Origin: Octopus sinensis
Taxonomy: Eukaryota
Reading direction: 5' to 3'
DNA length: 23,295 nucleotides
Assembly: GCF_006345805.1 (NCBI RefSeq)
Contig: NW_021836647.1
Span: 1-23,295, forward strand
Shown here: piece after piece, positions 1-8,514 of the stretch
Position numbering within the stretch: the stretch's first letter is position 1
Layout of the letters: each line of letters opens with the position of its first letter
The notes under the pieces: model-generated
What the model saw: only the letters and a program-made list of their open reading frames with translations
The model's database searches: none
Told to the model about the DNA's origin: nothing
Made by a program: the position numbers and the translations under genes

Positions 1-47
1 GGAGTAGGCTCTCTCCTTGTCATGAAACACAGTAAAGTATGGTGAAT

Positions 48-104
48 GAAGTCTACGAAACTAAGGAGATGGCTTCTTTTCAATACAGTTAGGTGCCGAC
101 TAAC
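48..104 (-). repeat. Block B, inverted copy of 19595-19651
   Basis: Reverse complement GTTAGTCGGCACCTAACTGTATTGAAAAGAAGCCATCTCCTTAGTTTCGTAGACTTC matches 19595-19651 at 53/57 by manual alignment. Confidence 0.9.
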
Positions 105-610
105 ATACTATTATCATTATTATTATTATTAATAATATTATTATTAATATTATTATTATAATTATTATTAATATTATTACTATTATTATTACTGTTAATA
201 TTATTATTATATTATTATTTTATTAATTTATTATTATTATTATTATTATTATTTTATTATTATTATTACTATTACTATTATTATTATTATTATTTCTATA
301 ATAATAATAAAGTAATAAAATAATTTATATATGCACACACAAATATATACATACATATATATATATACATATATATATATACATATATATATACATGTAT
401 ATATACATATATATATATATAGATACTTGTATATATACATATTTATATATACATATACATACTATATATCCTATACATATATATGCATATACATATATAT
501 ATACATGTATATATACATATATATAGATATATATATATATATAGATACTTGTATATATACATATTTATATATACATATACATACATATATATACCTATAC
601 ATATATATGC

Positions 611-648
<38 letters not shown>

Positions 649-683
649 TATAGATATATATATATATATATATATACATACAT

Positions 684-684
<1 letters not shown>
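105..684. repeat. Compound microsatellite: (TAT)n/(ATA)n then degenerate (TA)n/(TACA)n
   Basis: Directly visible. Same order as the repeat-unit microsatellites, reverse-complemented. Confidence 0.95.

Positions 685-772
<88 letters not shown>
685..772. repeat. (GATA)n microsatellite, about 22 near-perfect units
   Basis: Directly visible. Confidence 0.97.
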
Positions 773-773
<1 letters not shown>

Positions 774-927
774 GGACGTCGGTCCTTCCAGTTCCAAATC
801 CACTAACAGGTTTTGGGGCTTTGACCAACCCGAGGCTGCAGAAAAAGGCCCTTTCGCAAGGTGACACGCTGTGGGGCCGAACCCTGATCCATGTAATTAG
901 GAAGTAACACACAGACCAACCTACGCC
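774..927 (-). mobile_element. Derived tRNA-type SINE 5' head (inverted unit copy)
   Basis: Reverse complement starts GGCGTAGG, has B-box-like GGTTCGGCCCC and aligns with 12020-12171, 14175-14326, 18614-18767 and the head of the full SINE at 20352. Confidence 0.85.
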
Positions 928-962
928 TATATATATATATATATATAATAATATATATATAT

Positions 963-999
<37 letters not shown>

Positions 1000-1351
1000 T
1001 CATGTACATATACGTGTACACACTCATATACACACACATCCTGATGGATGTTGTTTATCGATCAAAATGAGAAATACGTCATGATAAGCTCACAAATAAA
1101 ATGATTATTAAGAATCGGGGAAATGATCATTAATTTCAGAGAAGTAACAAGTCCAAACAAGAAATATCCGAATAGTTATTTGAACTTTGTATATAAACTA
1201 TTTTATCCATTTTGATGGAAGAAATTGGAAATATTAATTAATAATTTCCGGCTGCAGATTCCGATAAACAACCTTGAGTCTAATCAATTTATAGTTTATC
1301 GTGATTTATTTGCTATTAGTATATTTTCTATCTTTCTAAACATCATTGCAG

Positions 1352-1680
1352 TATATCTGCAAATTCTACCTGAAGAGGGACTGCTGGTACGGCGTCGAAG
1401 TTGCGAACTGTCGCTTTGCACATCAGAAGCCCTACCAAAACCGCACGGACACGAGACAAAAATCACTTCCCTTGGGGAGAACAAAAAGATAAAGAAAAAA
1501 TATAAAAGGAGGAAAAATAGCGCACTGACCACTCCTCAAAGACGATATGCGGATGTGGTGCGCGGTAACCCAAGAAATGGCCAGCTTCACCTAGATGTGA
1601 GAAGGGCAGCAGCTGAACAGCAATCTTTTTTGTGCATGGCACAAAAAATTGTTCAGCAGCTGACCTGGCTACAAGCATAA
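1352..1680 (+). pseudogene. LINE ORF1 C-terminal remnant with CCCH-like zinc finger
   Basis: 1358-1423 reads CKFYLKRDCWYGVEVANCRFAH (C-x7-C-x8-C-x3-H). A downstream frame contains RRYADVVRG. Lies directly upstream of the APE domain. Confidence 0.65.
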
Positions 1681-1757
1681 AGCTGGAACTACCACCACAT
1701 AAGGCCACCACCAACAGATGCAGGATGGCCACCACAGACACCAACACACACACCACA

Positions 1758-2430
1758 AAAATATTTCTACTGAACGTAGGAGGGCTGCCTTGCAGCAACT
1801 GTAAAAGGAAAATCTCATTCCTGAGAGACCTTGTGACATGCAATCAAGCTATATGTATGGCACTCACAGAAATGCATCTTGGACCCGATATAAGGGATGC
1901 AGAAATACACATGCCGCAATATACAGTCATACGCTCAAATAGAAATGGGAGGAGCCATGGTGGAGTTGCAATGTACATCCGAGATGACCTCACGCCCAGG
2001 TCCTGTTGTCATATCCAAACTCAGTGTGTGACACTCAAATTGTACATATAAGACAACTGAATGTCGTCATATGCACTACATATCGCCCACCAGATGCCCC
2101 AAATCACTCAGGCATGTTTGAAGACTGCCAAACAAAAAGAGATGTCCTCATCAACCTTGAACAACACAATAGTGTATTCTTCATGGCTGATATTAACTTC
2201 CCCAATGTGGAATGGCCTGGGGGGCAGATGCTCTCAGTGATGACACACCATCAGCAGGCACAGGCAGAGTCCCTGCTCCATCTCACAAATGCCTCTTTCA
2301 TGGAGCAAATAGTTCTGCAACCAACAAGGGCAGATAATATACTGGATCTCTGCTTCACAAGCAATATGGATATTATTCATAATGTTAAAGTGATGCCGAC
2401 AATGATCTCGGATCACAACATAATAGAGCT
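1758..2430 (+). pseudogene. Apurinic-type endonuclease domain of ORF2, frameshifted near 2000
   Basis: ORFs 1632..2051 and 2006..2854 carry consecutive APE motifs. Confidence 0.9.
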
Positions 2431-3009
2431 GTCTATGTATGGAGGAAAAGCCCCCGTAGACACACAGCCTATACAAAGCATCCACCATCTCTCCAACTTA
2501 AACTTTCATAAAGCAAACTGGAAGTTGATTGAGAAAGAGATCCTCAAACAGGATTGGCCTAAATGTCTCTCCACACCGGGCATTAACATGAAACACAAAC
2601 ACTTCATGTCCATAATACAAGCCATATGTGACAAATATGTCCCAGTGTGCAGGGCCAGCACACACAAAAACAAAAACAGGATCCCTAGAGAAAGGAAGAT
2701 TCTTATGAGACGACGGACAAGGATTGCGAACCGCCTGAGCAAGCACACCAAATGTGGTGAGAAGTCTCGGCTCGAAAGAATGCTAATGGAAATTGAAAAA
2801 AGTCTGCATCAGTCCCATGAAAAGGAGAGAGAGCAGATAAAAAAGCTTGGGTAATAGAAAATATAAAATCAAACCCTAAAGCTTTCTTTAAGTTTGCCAA
2901 AGAGACAGCCACAGTGCACCAGAGAATATGACCTCTCTTCCAAAAAGATGGCTCTCTCACAGGAAATCCCACGAGGATAAGTGAAATACTGAACGAACAA
3001 TTCCAAAGT

Positions 3010-3924
3010 GTGTTCACTACATCTCTAGGACACAGGCAAGTAAACAACCCAGAAGAATTCTTTGCCACTTTACCTGCGGCCAAAGAGGCAAAAATTGAGT
3101 ACAACAACATTGAAGATGATGATATCACACTAGCCATAGATGAGATTGACACAAACTCAGCTGCTGGACCTGATGGATTTCCAGCGATCCTTCTCAAATC
3201 GTGCAAACGATCGCTTGCAAAACCGCTACAACTTCTTTTTCAGAGCTTTCTTGCAAGTGGTAAGCTCCTAGTCAAATTGAAAGAGGGAGTAATATGCCCT
3301 ATCCATAAGGGAGGTAGCAGAGCAGATGCTAAAAATTATAGGCCAATCTCTCTGACCTCACACATCAGCAAAGTCATGGAACGAATAGTCCGCAAGAAAC
3401 TAATCAGGTTCCTTGGATTTCGATCAGGTAGAAGTTGCCTAACACAGCTCCTGCAACACTATGACTGGGTGTTAAAACAGCTACTAAATGGCTCAAATGT
3501 GGATGTAATATATCTCGACTTAGGCGGAAAACTTGGAGAGTGGCTGCACAAATTCCTAAAAGACAGAAAACAGACAGTTGTGAGCAATGGAGCCACCTCC
3601 AAGGAAACGCAAATTACAAGCGGTGTTCCACAGGGCACTGTCTTGGGGCCACTGCTGTTCATAGTGGCCCTTTCAGACATGCCTTCAGTTGCTACGATGG
3701 CCACCCTTGCTAGCTATGCAGATGACACAAAAGTCTCCCACACAATACAAAACCCTGAAAATATTGCGCATCTGCAACAGGAGTTGTATACAATATACAG
3801 GTGGGCTGAGGACAACAACATGCAGTTTAATGCAGGTAAGTTCCAGGCCCTGCGCTATCGGCACACAAAGGTAAACGACGTGCAGACTGGGATACACTGG
3901 CCCAAGAAGAATTGCAATCCCTGA
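3010..3924 (+). pseudogene. Reverse transcriptase domain of ORF2 with two internal in-frame deletions
   Basis: GFRSGRSCLTQLL, GVPQGTVLGPLLF and YADDTK present. Segments are missing relative to the paralogous RT at 15540-16442. Confidence 0.92.
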
Positions 3925-4797
3925 GTCAAGATCAGTGCGTGACCTTGGCACTGACATGAGCAATGATGCATCTTTCCAAGTGCATGTTACTAATCTGGTG
4001 ATAAAATGCAGACGGCTAGCTTGATGGATTCTCCGAACTTTCAGAAGAAGAGAGAAGGAGACACTGATGGTCCACTGGAAAACATTCGTCCTCAGCCGCT
4101 TGGACTACTGCTCCCAACTTTGGTCACCACACAATATAAAACTAACAGCAGAACTCGAAGCAATTCAGAGAAGCTACATAAAAAAGCTCGTCTCAATGCA
4201 AAATATCAGCTACTGGGAAAGACTGAAAGTATTAAACCTTTTCTCCCTGGAGCGGAGGCGGGAGAGATATGCAGTGATATACATCTGGAAAATCCTGGAG
4301 GGTCTTGTCCCAAACTTTGGCATTCAAAGTTACCCCCCCACCCCCGCAGAACGGGGCGCCACTGCATGGTGCCAAAGATTCCAACATCACCATCAAAATA
4401 CAGATCCAGATACTGCAACAGCTTGGTTTTCAGAGGACCAAAGCTCTTTAACATCCTCCCTAAATGCCTGAGAGACTTACATAGTGTGGATGTGGGTTTC
4501 TTTAAAACTAAACTGGATCTCTCCTTGTCGGGAGTCCCAGATGAACCTACCTCATGACAGGAGACGCAGATGCGGGCAGCAGCATCGTACTCCCTTGTTG
4601 ATCAAGTGCCACGTATCAGAGGTGGATTCACATATTAGTGTAGCTCATTCAGTGGTGGTGCCCCAGCGTGGCCGCGGCCTTCGGGCTAGAACATTTTTAT
4701 GGATTGAAGAATTATATAAATATTTTATGCGCTTAAGCAGCCATTTATTCCACTGAATATAATCAGTTAATTTTAATAATCGATTAGAAGATATTCA

Positions 4798-5199
4798 GGA
4801 TCTTTTCGGTTTGAACGGCAGTTTTTTCTAGTGGTGTCATATGAAATAGTCACCCATAATAATGACCCTAGTATCGATCTATTGCATTTCAATCTGTATA
4901 AGGGTTAGGGGTGGGGAAGGGTATCTTTTTTCTTCACAAATGTAAATAAACCCAACCTGTTTCTTAAACGAGGAACATATTCATACGGCACAGATTGTTT
5001 TTTTACCTCAATAGACGTCATTGATTGGCTGAAATTGCAAGGAAAAACAACAACAAATATCTTATAAACTATAGAATTTTCCCAATAAAGCCAAGAGAAA
5101 GATATGTTTTATAAACACATTATACTAGAATACAAAGTTTAAATATTTTTTCTTACGTGGAAATTATTTTAAAAACTGCCTTTCAAACGGAAAAGATCC
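4798..5199. mobile_element. MITE / non-autonomous TIR DNA element, 402 bp
   Basis: 29-bp terminal inverted repeats (GGATCTTTTC(G/C)GTTTGAA(C/A)GGCAGTTTTT, 27/29) at 4798-4826 and 5171-5199. Direct repeat GATATTCA at 4790-4797 and 5200-5207. Confidence 0.85.
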
Positions 5200-5280
5200 G
5201 ATATTCAAAATCAGGAAACACGATCATCATTTTATTGAATTTTTAAATAAAATCCCAACGTTTATACATTTTTTTCATCA

Positions 5281-5400
5281 GTGAATGTGAGTGGCTTAGG
5301 GGTCAGGGTTTGCATTCACGATCCTCTGAACGTGCGATCGATTCCCAGACAGGATGGCGTGTTGTATCCTTGAGCAAGGCACTGCATTTCACGTTGCCCC
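5281..5400 (+). mobile_element. Second tRNA-derived SINE family, 5' head only
   Basis: A-box-like GTGGCTTAGGGG (5291), B-box-like GATCGATTCCC (5336), then a TCCTTGAGCAAGGCAC core similar to CCTTGGGCAAGTGTC in the SINE at 20352. Confidence 0.7.
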
Positions 5401-5706
5401 AGGGCTGTGAAGGGGACTGGCATATCAATGAATAGACCCAACGTTTCGTCTGCGTTTTGTAAACAGAGATTAAAAGGGGGCGAGTTAGCATTTGCACTTT
5501 GATCCCGTAAAACCCTCACTACCAACGACTGCCCTAACAGAACCATGGGTTGGAGGGTTGTCGCCTAAATGATACAAAGGCGTCGTCCGTCAGGGAATCA
5601 CTAAGAAATGGTGGGTGCAGCGACGCAGGGTGACACAGTATGTTCTCATATTACCTATCAAGTAAATGCAAGACAGCCATTTTCATGCACATAGGTAAAT
5701 ACACTT

Positions 5707-5765
5707 ATGTATGTACGTATGTATGTATGTATGCATGTATGTATGTATGTATGCATGTATGCATG
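5707..5765. repeat. (GTAT)n microsatellite
   Basis: Directly visible. Confidence 0.95.
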
Positions 5766-6324
5766 TCAGGTTACTTTCGAGGGCTACTGGCAACATGTAA
5801 TCCAGTACAACCTGTTGCATGGTCGGGTCGTCGGCGACTAAACCGGCAACCTCACGAAGCATGCTTGGTGAGGAGGGTGTTTATTGGACACCCTGCGGGA
5901 TGAAAAACAAAACCCGTTAATGGGTGGAGGAACTCTTGAGAGTCAACGGCCATCCAATAAATGTCTTAAGGCTGTATCATGCGCGGGGACATAGAAATAA
6001 TCGGACTGAATAACCGATCGCGCAGTTAAACCATTGGGAGTGAAGGACACTTAGCCTTTGTTAGGGCATCCTTCTAGGAGAAGGTAATTCAGGTAACTGG
6101 GATGACTCCGACTTACATCCTGCGGCTCAGTGGTTACCGATGATGTTGACTTGTTCTTCTTTTCGGATTATGGCTGCTGTTGCTTAGTGAGTGGGATTGA
6201 CTCAGTGCACAGCCTTTCCTTACTTAAGAAAAATCTTCTTGCACAGGTATTGCACGGTAACAACATTGATTTTAATCTTCGTACAATGGCCATACTCGAT
6301 AACGAGGGGGCAGCCACCATGTAT
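5766..6324 (+). mobile_element. ORF-less element ending in an RTE-type 3' tail (putative non-autonomous RTE derivative)
   Basis: 6285-6324 matches the 3' end of the RTE fragment (22808-22847) at 30/40. Flanked by (GTAT)n on both sides. GC-richer and hairpin-rich. Confidence 0.6.
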
Positions 6325-6482
6325 GTATGTATGAATGTATGTATGTATATATGTATTTGTGTATGTATGTGTATTTTTGCATTATGTATGTATGTGTATG
6401 TATGTATGTATGTATGTATGTGTGTATGTATGTATGTATGTATGTATGTATGTATGTGTATGTATGTATGTATGTATGTATG
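6325..6482. repeat. (GTAT)n microsatellite
   Basis: Directly visible. Confidence 0.95.
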
Positions 6483-6885
6483 AATGTCATTGTTCTGTTT
6501 TATTTCAAGATCTCTTGCCTATAGAGAAAGAGCCGGTTTCTAACCTAGATTCAAAACTCCTTCATTGGAATTTCAACATCAGGGTATTTTTTTATGTATA
6601 TGTGTAGAATTGTATATTTTACTTTATGTATGTCTTCTCATGCATATAGTTGCATATTTAGACATGTTTATATATATATTTAAATGATAAACTTCTGGAA
6701 AGTTTACAGATTTTTACAGTTCCACTGATGGATTAGATTTGTAGTCTTCAAATTAGCTTTGTCCTTTCTGGTTTTCAGAAGCCTAATTTCTCAAGTTTGG
6801 TATCTAGGCAACGTTTACTTTAAATCGAAATCCAATCCAAAGCATGGCTTCATTTCAAAAAGATTTGGACTCTCGTCCTGCACTC
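6483..6885 (-). mobile_element. Decayed 3' end of an RLE-type (Dong/R4-like) non-LTR element
   Basis: Minus strand reads KLEKLGF*KPERTKLI*RLQI*SISGTVKICK, resembling an RLE-LINE C-terminus (recall). The tail CTAGG...GGCAAGAGAT...TTGAAA parallels 10574-10620. Confidence 0.5.
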
Positions 6886-7275
6886 ATTGACCACAGTTTT
6901 TTCGAGGGCATTAAGTGTAATTTATCTAGTGCATAATTAAAAATTTAAAGCTACCGATATATTGCCAAATTAAAATAAAATCGTTTCGCTCACAATGTAT
7001 ACAAACGCAGTCGACTTGTTTCAAGCGGTTTCTTTGCTAAGATCGATGGATAGAAACTGTTGCTGTTGAAAACCAAACAAAGCTAAGGGTAAAACTTATA
7101 ATTTACTTATTTTCTGAAGAGCAAAGCATTCTGGCGAGAAAAAGAAACGAATATAAGATCTGGAATTTAAGAACTTATTTAACGAAAAGTGAAATTACCT
7201 GTTGACGACTTCTGGCGACGATCCTCTGAAGTTCAAGTTGGCCACCAATTTTTATAAGAGTGGATGAACTCGGGA
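6886..7275 (+). repeat. Block A copy 1 (5' trimmed, 3' deleted)
   Basis: Aligns with ~10873-11268, ~13087-13495 and ~17327-17718. Stops after GAACTCGGGAG and jumps to the unit microsatellite. Confidence 0.9.
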
Positions 7276-7386
7276 GATATCTATATATACACATATATAT
7301 ATACACATACATATATATAAATATTTATATATATGTATATCATATGTATGTATACATATGTGTATATACATATATATATACATATA

Positions 7387-7422
<36 letters not shown>

Positions 7423-7613
7423 CATATATATATACTTATATGTATATATAGTTATAGATATATGTATGTATGTATATATATATGGATATGCATAAATATG
7501 TATATGTATATATATGTATGTACATGTATACATGAATATGTATATATACAAGGATATATATATCTATATATATGTATATATACATGTATATATATATATA
7601 TATATGTGTGTAT

Positions 7614-8350
7614 ATAAACTTACATTGATACTTTGATAGGTTTCGGCCATTATTGGCCCTGGCCATGTCTAACTTAATAGCACCACCTGGTGAAGTCTTT
7701 CAATCAGAATTTGGGCACTATGGCCCACTCAAGTAGAGAGTTATTTTTTACAGAGACATATCCGGGTGTAGGGGGTTTATCCGGGATTTCTTGTCCAAAG
7801 ACTTCTTGAACCCTATAGGGTCTGTTTCTGTTTTAATGTGTTTTGGTGTAATGTTAAAGAGAGCGGGGCCAATTGAGGTGAAATAATTGTGCCGTATTGT
7901 TATGAGATGAGTGTGCGATTTTTGTTGTGGGCGGATGGCACGGGGCCCAAGCCTTGGATGTACCTTAAAGGTGATGCCAACATCATTTGGGCAATGCTGA
8001 TGGAATATTTTCCACATCATGCAGATGATGTAGCGCTCACGGCGACGTTGGAGAGAATAAGGTTTTAGCTTTTCTAGTCGACCCCAATAGTCGAGGCCTG
8101 TCATGCCATCTATTGTTTATGTGATTGCCCTTTGAGGTGCTTCAACATTTATGATACTTTGCTTTGTGTGGGGAGACCACATTGGACAACAGTATTAAAG
8201 GTGGGGTCGGGCAAAAGTGGAGAAGAGAAGGATAATAGTGTGGATATCTCTCGACTGGAAAGTTCTGAGAATCCAGGAAAACATTCTGCGGGCCATGTCA
8301 ACTTTGGTGTTTATATGAGTAGCCCAGCTTATATTGCTGTCCACAGTTAA
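7614..8350 (-). mobile_element. 5'-truncated CR1-clade LINE 3' fragment
   Basis: ORF 7748..8104 (LDYWGRLEKLKPYSLQRRRERY, VHPRLGPRA, GPALFN). 3' tail at 7640-7687. Flanked by direct repeat ATATATATATGTGTGTAT at 7596-7613 and 8351-8368 (putative TSD, low complexity). Confidence 0.88.
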
Positions 8351-8395
8351 ATATATATATGTGTGTATGAATATATAAAATATTTTTATTAATTA

Positions 8396-8427
<32 letters not shown>

Positions 8428-8514
8428 AGAAATAATAATAATAATAATATTAATAGTAATAATGATAATATCAATAATAATAATAATAGTAATAATAATA
8501 ATAATATTAATAAT

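Larger units (their letters stand above)
1352..4692 (+). mobile_element. CR1-clade LINE, near full length (ORF1 3' part plus APE-RT ORF2), inactivated
   Basis: APE motifs (LLNVGGL, ALTEMHL, GGVAMYI, YRPPD, DINFP, ILDL, SDHN), RT motifs (GPDG, NYRPISLTS, GVPQGTVLGP, YADD) and CR1-type C-terminus (LDYCSQLWSP, SLERRRER). Several frameshifts and stops. 3' tail at 4654-4692. Confidence 0.92.

Noticed and set aside
249-1039. Many 60-195 aa ORFs rich in Y/I/M/C/V or poly-I/L here and at 6130-6607, 7252-7666, 10522-10830, 11863-13045, 16472-17282, 18744-19606 and 21164-23287
   Set aside because: They are translations of (TA)n, (GTAT)n, (TCTA)n and (AAT)n microsatellites, which lack stops in some frames.
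2234-4454. Antisense ORFs over the LINEs (also 8961-9773, 14506-14688 and 15113-16386)
   Set aside because: Shadow frames of RT/APE coding sequence with no independent features.
5766-5900. HDV-like or hammerhead ribozyme
   Set aside because: I could not assemble the P1/P2/P3/P1.1 pairings, and there is no CUGANGA...GAAA core. Left for computational search.
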